Source of the DNA: Acidobacteriota bacterium
Lineage (GTDB): Bacteria; Acidobacteriota; Thermoanaerobaculia; Multivoradales; Multivoraceae
DNA: 64,000 bases
Reading direction: 5' to 3'
Assembly (NCBI GenBank): GCA_003388555.1
Contig: QQVD01000027.1
Coordinates: forward strand, 23,951 to 87,950
Part shown: positions 18,005 to 27,100 of the stretch, piece after piece
Layout: every line of letters begins with the position of its first letter
Numbering within the stretch: the stretch's first letter is position 1
Position numbers and translations under genes: made by a program
The notes under the pieces: model-generated
Told to the model about the DNA's origin: nothing
Seen by the model: the letters and a program-made list of their open reading frames with translations, nothing else
Database searches by the model: none

Positions 18005-19896
18005 TCCCCGACGTTGGCTCGTCTGGTTCGCCGTTCCTGGGGCCCCTGGTGGAGGTGATGCCGGTGTTCGAGTCCTGGGCGGCTCGCGGTGGGCCCTCGG
18101 TGCTCACCGAGACTCTGCTGGCCTGGGCCGTGCTCGGCACCCTCGCCGCCGCGGGGGTGGCCCTGGCGCTGCGACTCACCCGAGCCCTCAACGCGAGCAC
18201 CCGGGTGTGGATCTGGTCAGCGACTCTGATCCTGGTCGCGGCGATCCCCCTCACACCGCACCAGCTCGTTCGTGACAACGCCGAGGCCCTCGGCGCGCGC
18301 CTCGAACGCGCCGCGGCGGGCGCCGACCCCCGGATCTCCGAGTCCTCGCAGGCGCCTCCGTCGTCGACCGGTGGAGTGCCAGCGGCGAGCGGGCCGCTGC
18401 AGGGCGCCGATCTTCGATCCACCGCTGGCGACGGCGATCCCGCTCCCGGTCTCGCCGCCCTCGCAAGTCTCGCCGCGCGCTGGACGGCTCGGGTCCCGAC
18501 GTGGCTCGGCCTGGTCTACGCCGGCGTCTGGCTGATCCTCGCTGTCTGGCGCACGCTGCGCCTGGTCGGCGCCTGGGTCGAGGTCCGCCTCCTCGCCTCC
18601 GGCGCCGTGCCGGCTGCGACCGCGGACAGGCGCATGCTGTCGCGCCTCGCCGCCGAGGCCAAGGTGGATCCCGTCCCGCCGTTGCGCCGTCTGCGACGCC
18701 TCGAGGGACCCGCCTGCCTCGGCTGGACCTCGCCCTGGATCGCTCTGCCAGCGGACTGGCCGGGTGGTCTCGGCTGCGACGCGCGGCGTCACGCGCTGCT
18801 GCACGAGCTCGCCCACGCGGTGCGGCGAGACAGCCTCGTGGCGCTGGTGCAGCGTGTTCTCGAAGTGCTGCTCGCGGGGCACCCGGCGGCCTGGTGGATC
18901 TCGCGCCAGATCGATCTCGAGCGCGAGATCGCCTGTGACGACTGGGCGATCGCCCACTCCGGCGATTCTCCGGTCGGCTACGGCCGCAGCCTGCTGGAGC
19001 ACGTCGACGTCGTCCCCCTTCCACGGCCGATACCGGCTGCCGGCTACCTTCACCACCGCACCCGACTGCAACGGAGGATCCGCACCATGATCGACGCCAA
19101 CAGAGACCACCGCATCGCCGTTCGCCGTCTGCCGCTGACGCTGGCCACGGCGAGCCTCGGCATCGCACTGCTCGGCTCGGCGGCCGCCTGGCCGCGCCAG
19201 GGAGCCGTGGCCACCGCCACGACGGTGCACGCCGCCACCGTGGCCATGCCCGTCGCCAACGCTCCCGGCAGCGAGCGCCACCCGCGGCTGCGGGCCGACG
19301 ACGCGCCGCTCTACGCCACGATCCGGCGCGGTGACATCGATCTCACCCGGGCGCTGCTCGACGCCGGCGAGCCGGTGAACCAGGTCTGGCCCGGCGACGG
19401 CTCGCCGCTGATCGAGGCGGTGCGCTCCGGCTCCTCGGAGCTGCTGCGGCTGCTGCTCGACCGCGGCGCCGAGGTCGATCTCGGCGTCGGTGGCGACGGC
19501 ACGGCGATGATCGCCGCGGCGCGCCGTGGCGACGTCGAGATGGTCGAGCTGCTGCTCGCCTACGGCGCCGACGTCGACCACGCCGGTCGCGGCGGCGACG
19601 GCAATCCCCTGATCGCCGCCAGCCTCGCCGGCGACGTCGAGATGGCGAGGCTCCTGGTGGCGCGTGGCGCCCGCGTCGACATCCACGTGCCGGACGACGA
19701 CACGCCGCTGATCAACGCCGCCCAGCAGGGCCACGTCGAGATGGTGCGCTACCTGCTCGAGATCGGCGCCGACCCCGACCTCACCGGCGACTTCGATCGT
19801 CGCCTCGAAACCGTGCGCACGCCGTTGAACCAGGCTCTCGCGCGCGGTCACGACGAGGTCGCCGAGCTGTTGCGGCGCGCCGGGGCGCGTCGGTGA
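18001..19896 (+). CDS. BlaR1-type M56 peptidase signal transducer with C-terminal ankyrin-repeat domain
   Basis: N-terminal TM helices, M56 zinc motif HELAHAVRRD (HExxH), then 5-6 ankyrin repeats (DGSPLIEAVRSGSSELLRLLLDRGAEVD, GTAMIAAARRGDVEMVELLLAYGADVD, NPLIAASLAGDVEMARLLVARGARVD, TPLINAAQQGHVEMVRYLLEIGADPD). Confidence 0.8.
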   Translation: MIPDVGSSGSPFLGPLVEVMPVFESWAARGGPSVLTETLLAWAVLGTLAAAGVALALRLTRALNASTRVWIWSATLILVAAIPLTPHQLVRDNAEALGARLERAAAGADPRISESSQAPPSSTGGVPAASGPLQGADLRSTAGDGDPAPGLAALASLAARWTARVPTWLGLVYAGVWLILAVWRTLRLVGAWVEVRLLASGAVPAATADRRMLSRLAAEAKVDPVPPLRRLRRLEGPACLGWTSPWIALPADWPGGLGCDARRHALLHELAHAVRRDSLVALVQRVLEVLLAGHPAAWWISRQIDLEREIACDDWAIAHSGDSPVGYGRSLLEHVDVVPLPRPIPAAGYLHHRTRLQRRIRTMIDANRDHRIAVRRLPLTLATASLGIALLGSAAAWPRQGAVATATTVHAATVAMPVANAPGSERHPRLRADDAPLYATIRRGDIDLTRALLDAGEPVNQVWPGDGSPLIEAVRSGSSELLRLLLDRGAEVDLGVGGDGTAMIAAARRGDVEMVELLLAYGADVDHAGRGGDGNPLIAASLAGDVEMARLLVARGARVDIHVPDDDTPLINAAQQGHVEMVRYLLEIGADPDLTGDFDRRLETVRTPLNQALARGHDEVAELLRRAGARR

Positions 19897-21086
19897 GAGC
19901 GGGTCGTTCCGACTCGCGGCCGAGCCGGCGACGGATCGCTCCTCGTCGGGGTCTCCTCACCGCCCTGCTGGCGGTGTCGTCGGTGGCGACGGCCGCGGGG
20001 CAGTCGCCAGCCGACGGCAGGCGGCCGGCCGATCTCGAAGACGCGATCGAGCGCGCACGCGCCCTCGTCCAGGAGCGCCTCGCCGAGGGCGTGCCCGCCT
20101 TCTCGGTCGCGGTCGGCATCGGCGGCGACCTGGTCTGGGAGCAGGCCTTCGGGATCGCCGACGTCGAGTCCGGCCGCGCCGCGACACCGACGACGCTGTT
20201 CCGCATCGGCAGCACCAGCAAGCCGATCGCCGCCGCCGTCGCGGCGCGGATGGCGCAGCGGGATGATTTCTCCCTCGATCGCCCCATCGCCGAGCTCGCC
20301 GGCGGGCTCTACCCTCACCAGCCGTCGCCCTCGCTGGCGCAGCTGCTCTCGCACCAGGCCGGGGTGCGCCACTACCGGGGCGCCGAGTACGTGTCGAGGG
20401 AGCGCTACGCCTCGCTCGCGGCGGGGCTGGCGATCTTCCGCGACGATCCGCCGCTGTTCGAGCCCGGAGCCGGCTTCTCCTACTCGAGCTACGGCTTCAA
20501 CCTGGCCGGGGCGGTGCTCGAGCAGGTGTCCGGCCTCGAGTTCGGCGACCTGGCGGGCCGCGAGGTGTTCGAGCCTCTCGCCATGACACACACCCGGATC
20601 GACGATCCGACGATCTGGATCCCGGAGCGCGCCGCCTTCTACGTCGGCGGCTCCGACGGCCCCAGACCGGCGCTGCCGGTCGACGACTCCTACAAGGCGC
20701 CGTCGGGAGGTCTGCTGTCGACCGCCGCCGACCTGGTGCGCTTCGGCAGTGCCTTCCTGGCTCCGGGGTTCCTCGACGAGGCGATACTCGACCGGGTGCT
20801 CTCGCCGCTGCGCACGGCGGCCGGCGAAGAGACCGGCTACGGCCTCGGCTGGCGGGTCCGTGCCGCCGCCGAGACCTATCCGCGACTCGCGGTGCACCAC
20901 GGAGGCTCGTCGATGGGAGGCCGGTCGATGCTGGTGGTGCTCCCGGAGGCGGGTGTGGTCGTGGCGTTGCTGTGCAACTCGGGGAGCTACGAGAGCAAGG
21001 AGGCGGACGCCTTCGCGATCGCCGCCTGGTTCGCCGACTTGGCCGCCGCTCAGCCTTCCGCCAGCGCGGCGCGGAAGCCCGAGTAG
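19893..21086 (+). CDS. Serine hydrolase, class C beta-lactamase/PBP4*-like family
   Basis: Signal peptide, S-x-x-K motif (FRIGSTSKPIAAAV), YSN-like motif (FSYSSYGFNLAG), HGG...G motif (AVHHGGSSMGG); start overlaps BlaR1-like stop. Confidence 0.8.
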   Translation: MRAGRSDSRPSRRRIAPRRGLLTALLAVSSVATAAGQSPADGRRPADLEDAIERARALVQERLAEGVPAFSVAVGIGGDLVWEQAFGIADVESGRAATPTTLFRIGSTSKPIAAAVAARMAQRDDFSLDRPIAELAGGLYPHQPSPSLAQLLSHQAGVRHYRGAEYVSRERYASLAAGLAIFRDDPPLFEPGAGFSYSSYGFNLAGAVLEQVSGLEFGDLAGREVFEPLAMTHTRIDDPTIWIPERAAFYVGGSDGPRPALPVDDSYKAPSGGLLSTAADLVRFGSAFLAPGFLDEAILDRVLSPLRTAAGEETGYGLGWRVRAAAETYPRLAVHHGGSSMGGRSMLVVLPEAGVVVALLCNSGSYESKEADAFAIAAWFADLAAAQPSASAARKPE

Positions 21087-22563
21087 CGCGGCTGGTCGAT
21101 CGCCAGCTGGTTGACCACCGTGGTGCGCAGGTGGCGACGCAGTGCCTCGTCGGTGAGATCGATGCGGCCCTCCCGCAGGGCGGTGCAGAGTCGGGTGCGC
21201 AATCCGGCCAGGTCGGCCTCGTCGCCGCCGGGCCCAGCCTCTCCGGCGGCGCCGAGCAGCTCGACGAGGCGCAGTCGCTCGCGACGACGGTGCTCGGGGC
21301 CGATCAGCAGATCGCGGCGCACCACGTCCAGCGCGTTCGCGGCGACTCGCGCCAGGAAGCCGGCGCGTCCGGAGCTCGCCGGCATCACCTCGCCGCGCAG
21401 GTAGCCGGCGGCGGCGGCGACCAGCTCGTCGATGCGCGGCATCTCGGAGCCGCGCGCGTCGGGGCTCTCGCCCGGAGCTCGGGTGGCGCCGTCTTCGTCC
21501 GGCTCCACGAGGGTCTCCGGATCGGCGACGAGCTCGACCTCCCCGGGGATCAGCTCGCTCACCAGATCGACCTGGCACTCGCTGCTGCGCCTGCCGATCG
21601 CGGCGCGCTCCACCGACCGGTCCGGACCGCTGCGGAAGTGCTGCGCCATGCCGAGGCAGCCGATCGCCCACCAGAACGAGCCGAAGACGATCCAGAAGCG
21701 CAGGTGCCCACGGTCGATCTCGATCCCCGAGACCTCCCGGTAGCCGGCCAGCAGGTCGTCGATGCTGCCGAAGCCGCCGACCTCGAGCTGGCGCCGCCCG
21801 AAGCGCCAGGAGTTGACGCAGATCCACCCGAGGTCGCGCACCGGGTCGCCGACGTGGGCGATCTCCCAGTCGAGCACCGCGCGCACGCCGTCCTCTCCGA
21901 CCATCAGGTTGCCGTTGCGGAAGTCGTTGTGCACCAGAGTCTCGCGGGAGCTGTTCGGCAGATTGTCGAGGAGCCAGCGGGCGGCGTAGTCGATCATCGG
22001 CTGGGCGGTGCCCAGGCGCAGATAGCGCTCGTAGGTCTGGCTCACGTAGCGATCGGTCGGCATCCGCTCGAGCGCGCCCCGGAGCCCGCAGGCGTCGAGA
22101 TCGAGGGCGTGGATGCGCGCCAGGATCTCGCCGCACTGGCGGGCCAGGTGCGGGCGCACCTCGGCGAGCTCGGGAGAACGCACGATGCGCGCTCCCAGCG
22201 TCTCGCCCTCGAGCCACTGCATGACGAAGCCGACGCCGAGCTCGTCCTCCGGCGTGAGCACCCAGAGGACCTCGGGCTCCGGGATGCCGGCGGCGCCGGC
22301 GGCCTGCATCAGTGCCGCCTCGATCTCCAGCATGGGTCGGCCCTCGGCGGCGGCGGCGCCACGTCCCCCCGGGGCGCGGCGCAGGGCGAAGCTGCGCTCG
22401 CTCTTGTCCCTGGTCTCGACCCGCAGGCGGTAGGTCTCCTGACTGGCGCCGCCGCTGAGGCGCACGCCGGAGATCAGACGCTCTGCGCCGAGCCGCCGCC
22501 GCGCCAGGCGCTCGAAGCGTGCTTCGAGATCGTCGGGCGGCTGGTCGGCGTCGCCGTTCGCGG
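21050..22563 (-). CDS. Phosphotransferase (APH/CHK kinase-like) family protein
   Basis: Kinase-like motifs LVHNDFRNGNLMV (catalytic HxDxxxxN) and VLDWEIAHVGDPVRDLG (DxE/D metal site); start is the MSPTANGD methionine. The listed 875-aa ORF 21050..23677 is a spurious upstream extension of this gene into the adjacent ACAD region. Confidence 0.75.
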
Positions 22564-22569
22564 TGGGGC

Positions 22570-23847
22570 TCATCCGCGGTCTTCGTCGACGCCCTTGGGA
22601 GCGCGCTGCTTCATGAAGCCGAACATGTAGCCGGCGACGCGCCGCATCTGGATCTCCTCGGCACCTTCGGTGATCCGGTAGCGGCGGTGGTGGCGGTAGA
22701 TGTGCTCGAACGGCTTGTGGCGCGAGTAGCCGAGGCCGCCGTGCACCTGCATGGCGCGGTCGGCGGCCTCGCAGCACATCCGGTTCGACCAGTAGTTGCA
22801 CATCGACACCTTGTCGGAGACCGAGAAGTTGCCGTACGTGTCCATCTGCCAGGCCGTCTTGTGGATCAGGGCGCGCAGCATCTCGCACTGGGTCTGCAGC
22901 TCGACCAGCGGGAACTGGATCGCCTGGTTGGTCGCCAGCGCCTTGCCGAAGGGCTTGCGCACCTTGGCGTAGGCGACCGCCTGGTCGATGCAGAACTGTG
23001 CGGCGCCGAGCGAGGACGCAGCCTGGCGGATCCTGTTCTCGTTGAAGAAGTGCTGCACCACTCCGAGCCCGTTGCCCTCGCCGCCGAAGATCGCGTCGTC
23101 GGGCACGTGCACGTCGGTGAGCGAGATGCGTCCGTGGTCGGTGGGCATGTTGAAGGTCCAGAGCATCTCCTCGACCCGGAAGCCCTCGGCGTCGGTCGGC
23201 ACCAGGAAGGCGGTGATCCCCTTGCCGTCGCCGGCCTTGCCGCTGGTGCGCGCGAAGATCAGGTCGTAGGGCGCCTTGTGGATGCCGGTGTTCCAGGTCT
23301 TCTCGCCGTTGATCCGCCAGCCGTCTCCGTCGCGCACCGCGACGGTCTCCATGTGGGTGGCGTCCGAGCCGTGCTCGGGCTCGGTGATGCCGAAGGCGAA
23401 GCCCTTGCTGCCGTCGAGCAGGCCGGGCACCCAATCGCGCTTCTGCTCCTCGGTGCCGTACTCGATCATCAGCAGCACGCCGACGTTGTTGGCGACGATC
23501 GAGTGCTCGTTCTGCAGATCGTTGTGCAGCCCGAGGCCCTTCTTCGCCAGGTGCTCGCGGATGATCGCCATGCCGAGGTTGGTGCCGTTCTTGCCGCCGT
23601 ACTCCTCCGCCAGCGGGTAGCGGTAGTGGCCGGCGGCGTCGGCGCGGCGGCGCGCCTCGCGTAGCAACGCCTCCCACTCCTCGTTGGGCAGGCCGCCGCG
23701 ATCCCAGTCGGTGCGGGCGTCCTCGCGTCGGTGGTCGAAGAAGCGGATGTTGTCGTCCTGCTCCTCGAGCGGCTTGATCTCGCGTTGGATGAAGTCGTCG
23801 AGCTCGTCGAGGTAGGCAGCGATCTCGTCGGGGATGTCGAAGTTCAA
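22570..23847 (-). CDS. Acyl-CoA dehydrogenase
   Basis: ACAD N-terminal, middle beta-barrel (FGITEPEHGSDATHMETVA...DGWRINGEKTWNTG) and C-terminal (QVHGGLGYSR) motifs. Confidence 0.9.
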   Translation of the reverse strand: MNFDIPDEIAAYLDELDDFIQREIKPLEEQDDNIRFFDHRREDARTDWDRGGLPNEEWEALLREARRRADAAGHYRYPLAEEYGGKNGTNLGMAIIREHLAKKGLGLHNDLQNEHSIVANNVGVLLMIEYGTEEQKRDWVPGLLDGSKGFAFGITEPEHGSDATHMETVAVRDGDGWRINGEKTWNTGIHKAPYDLIFARTSGKAGDGKGITAFLVPTDAEGFRVEEMLWTFNMPTDHGRISLTDVHVPDDAIFGGEGNGLGVVQHFFNENRIRQAASSLGAAQFCIDQAVAYAKVRKPFGKALATNQAIQFPLVELQTQCEMLRALIHKTAWQMDTYGNFSVSDKVSMCNYWSNRMCCEAADRAMQVHGGLGYSRHKPFEHIYRHHRRYRITEGAEEIQMRRVAGYMFGFMKQRAPKGVDEDRG

Positions 23848-23985
23848 CGGGGGTCTCCTTGGCGCGAGGCGGTCGGCGGAGGGTGACGCGGGGATCGCAG
23901 GAGAGGATAGCCGGGACGGCGTTTTGGCCCTCGCCGAGAGGATGCGCCGCGAGGCGGGGGCAGTCCCTGCGAGGACTGATGCACG

Positions 23986-24138
23986 AAGAACGGCTGGCCG
24001 TTCGAGCTGGCGGTCACGGTCGGCGTCGGGGTGGAGACCTGCCGGTCACTCACGCCGCTGTGCACCGAGCTCCTCGACGCCGCCGACGACGCGGTCTACC
24101 GCGCCGAGCGCTCCGGCTGCAACCGGGTGAGCGCCTGA
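23986..24138 (+). pseudogene. Remnant C-terminal fragment of a GGDEF (diguanylate cyclase) domain
   Basis: Short frame translates to ...FELAVTVGVGVETCRSLTPLCTELLDAADDAVYRAERSGCNRVSA*, matching the conserved GGDEF C-terminus (S[IV]GVA...LLxxADxALYxAKxxGRNRV); preceded by an in-frame stop and no intact upstream domain. Confidence 0.35.
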
Positions 24139-24159
24139 CCAGGCAGGGTCCGTGAAGTC

Positions 24160-27100
24160 TCAGCGCGGCCGCTCGCTGGCGGCCGGGTCGCCCTCCGGTG
24201 CGCCGGTGTCCTCGCCCGCCGGAGTCGCGGTCTCGCTCTGCAGGCTCGCGGCGGCACCCTGCAGACTCGCGGTGTCCAGGCGCTTCAGGGTGTTCACCAG
24301 GTCCTTGAAGCGGTCTAGCTGCGACAGGGTGCGGTCGATGAGGGAGCGCAGACGCGGGTCGGGCTCGCCCTGCTGGCGGTTGGCCCAGCGCGAGATCCCG
24401 CGCACCAGCTCGAGCAGCTGCTCGGCGGTATCGCCTCCCAGGTCGTCGAGCACCTCGTGCACTCCGGAGCCGAGCGTCTGCACCACCCTGACGCTGGCGC
24501 CGGGGGCTCCCGCGTTCGCCGCCGCGGGGCGCTCCAGCGCCGAGAGTGCTCCGCCGATCCCCTGCAGCGAGCGCACCACCTGCGCCAGCTGGTCCGAGAG
24601 GCGCTCGCCGACTCCACCGAGGATCGGCTCGAGTGCGCCGGCGTCCGGCGCCCCGGTCGCGGCGCCGTGCGGGGTCCGCGCCAGCACCTCGGCGAGCTGC
24701 GCGGCGAGGGTGGCCGCCGCCGGCTGCAGCGTGCGCTCGAGACTCTGGCCCAGCGCCGTCGCCAGCGCCTGTGCGCTCTCCTCGTCCCCTGCCGGGGCCC
24801 GGCGCTCCTCCTCCTCGGCAGCGGTACGCTGCACCGCCGCCGAGGAGGCCTGGCCGATCGAGCGCTCGATGGAGCGCAACCCGTCGGCGACCAGACCGAG
24901 GGTGCCGGTGACCCGGGTGACCGGATCGTCCTCGGCGCCGCCGATGGCGCGCGCCCGTGCGTAGAGCTCGCGGATCTCCGCGATGCGACGGCGCTCGTCC
25001 ACATCGAGGACGCCGCGCAGCTCGCGCAGCCGGAGCAGATTCCACTCGGCGCCCTGGGTGAGCGTCTGGGCCTCGCCGAGGTAGTGGTCGTCGAGCAGCG
25101 CCTCGAGCTCCTGCTGGTTCATCACCGCCGAGATCCGGGCCGCCAGCTTGTTCATGTTGCGGTAGCTGCCCTGGAGCTGGAACGGCGGTTCGGTGCGGAA
25201 GCGCTCGTCCTGGGCCGCCGACTCGATGTAGAGCCGGTTGACCCGCAGCAGCACCTGCTGCACCCGCAGCAGATGGCGCAGCACCGAGAGCATCTCCTCG
25301 AGCTCGAGCGCCGAGTAGGGATGGCCCAGGTCGCTCTCGGCGTCGGCCTCGCCGCGCGCCATGCGCACCAGCACCCGCAGGTCGCGGGGGTCGCGGGCGG
25401 CGACCGGCGCCAGCACGCCGTTCGAGGTCAGCGAGTTCTCGAGGTAGGAGAGGGCGAAGAGGTCTTCCCGGCCCTCGAGCACGTCGCCCAGGTTGTAGAC
25501 GTCGGCGCGGTTGGCCAGCATGTCGGGAATCTGGAAGCGCTCACCCGACTCGGTGTAGGGATTGCCCGCCATGCAGACGCAGAAGCGCTTTCCTCGCAGG
25601 TCGTAGGTCCGGGTGCGGCCGCGCCACACCCCTTCGATGCGCCGCTGGCCGTCGCACAGCGAGATGAACTTCTGCAGCAGCTCGCTCGAGGTGTGCTGGA
25701 TGTCGTCGAGGTAGAGCAGCACGTTGTTGCCCATCTCGAGCGCCAGGTTGATCTTCTCCACCTCCTGGCGGGCGGTGGCGCTGCGTGCCTCGCTCGGATC
25801 GAGGGAGGTCACCGAGTGCCCGAGCGAAGGTCCGTTGACCTTGACGAAGACGAGGCCGAGCCGGCTGGCGATGTACTCCATCACCGTCGTCTTGCCGTAG
25901 CCCGGGGGGGAGATCAGCAGCAGCAGTCCCATCAGATCGGTGCGCTTGCCTTCGCCGGCGGCTCCGATCTGCTTCGCCAGGTTGTCGCCGATGAGCGGCA
26001 GGTAGACCTGGTCGAGCAGCTGGTTGCGGACGAACGAGCTCAGCACCCGGGGCTCGAACTCGTCGAGTCGCAGCACCTTGCGCTGGCGCTCGATCAGCTC
26101 GTGGCGCAGGCGCTGAAACTCGCGGAACGCCGGCACCCGCTCGCGGACGTAGCGGTCGTAGCGCGCCAGGGTCTCGTCGACGCGCAGACGCAGTCGTCCC
26201 CTGACGATGCGGCGATGACTCCCCAGGAGGCCCTCGACCTCCGTCTCCACCGCGGCGTGGCTCTCGCGCCGCGCCAGCTCCTCGCCGGCGGTGCGCAACG
26301 CCGCGACCAGCGGCACCTGGCGCCGCCTCCTGACCGCGAGGCGTCGTCCCTCGCCGTCGGCTGAGCTCTCCTCGCGGCGCACGAAGGCGCCGAGCCAGGA
26401 GGAGGCGACGGCGAACTTCTCGGCAGGATCCCCCGCCGCTGCCAGCTCCTCGGCGAGCGCCGTGTCGTTCTGGTGATCGCGCAGCGAGCGCACGAAGGCT
26501 GCCTCGAGCTCGAGCGCCTCGCCACCGACCACGAAGCGGGGGCCGCGCTCGCCCACCTCCTCGATCAGGTAGCGAGCGGCGGCGGACGGGTCGCAGCCTT
26601 CGAGGCGAGCCGATCTTTCTGCAAGGTCGGCGAGCAGCGGAGCGAGCTCGGCGACGAGCTCCGCGACGCGCGTGCCGCTGCCGTAGGCACGCCGCAGACG
26701 GTGCACTCCGGCGATGCGCCGCGCCCAGCGCCGCCTCTGCTCCTCCGACAGTCCGAGCTGCCAGCCGAGCAGCGCCAGAGCCCGGTCGACCGGCCGGTAG
26801 GCGAGCAGCTCGGCGGCCGAGTGGAGCCGCAGCAGGTGCTCGAGCAGGAGCGCCGCGTCGGCGTCGTGCACGCCGCGCTCGTAGCCCTCGTCGTAGCGTT
26901 CTGCGCTCGCGGCACGCACCACCTGGAGCAGCTCGCCGGAGTCGAGCGCCGCATGCAGATCGTCGAGACTCGGTGCAGCGTCGGCCATCCGGCGCGAGGG
27001 CGGCGACTCCGCGTCCTCTCCCTCTCCCGCCTCGTCGTCCGTCGCCGACTCCGCCTCGTCGCTCACCGCGAGGGCCCTCTCCGCCAGGGCCTCCTCGGCG

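Noticed and set aside
19848-22217. 789-aa ORF on minus strand
   Set aside because: It has extreme Arg/Pro/Gly composition with no motifs. It is antisense to, or out of frame with, the well-supported serine-hydrolase and phosphotransferase genes. This is typical high-GC frame noise.
21050-23677. 875-aa minus-strand ORF
   Set aside because: Only its C-terminal 504 residues are a real gene, the phosphotransferase beginning at MSPTANGD. The N-terminal 370 residues are Arg-rich junk. They overlap, in another frame, the genuine acyl-CoA dehydrogenase at 22570..23847.
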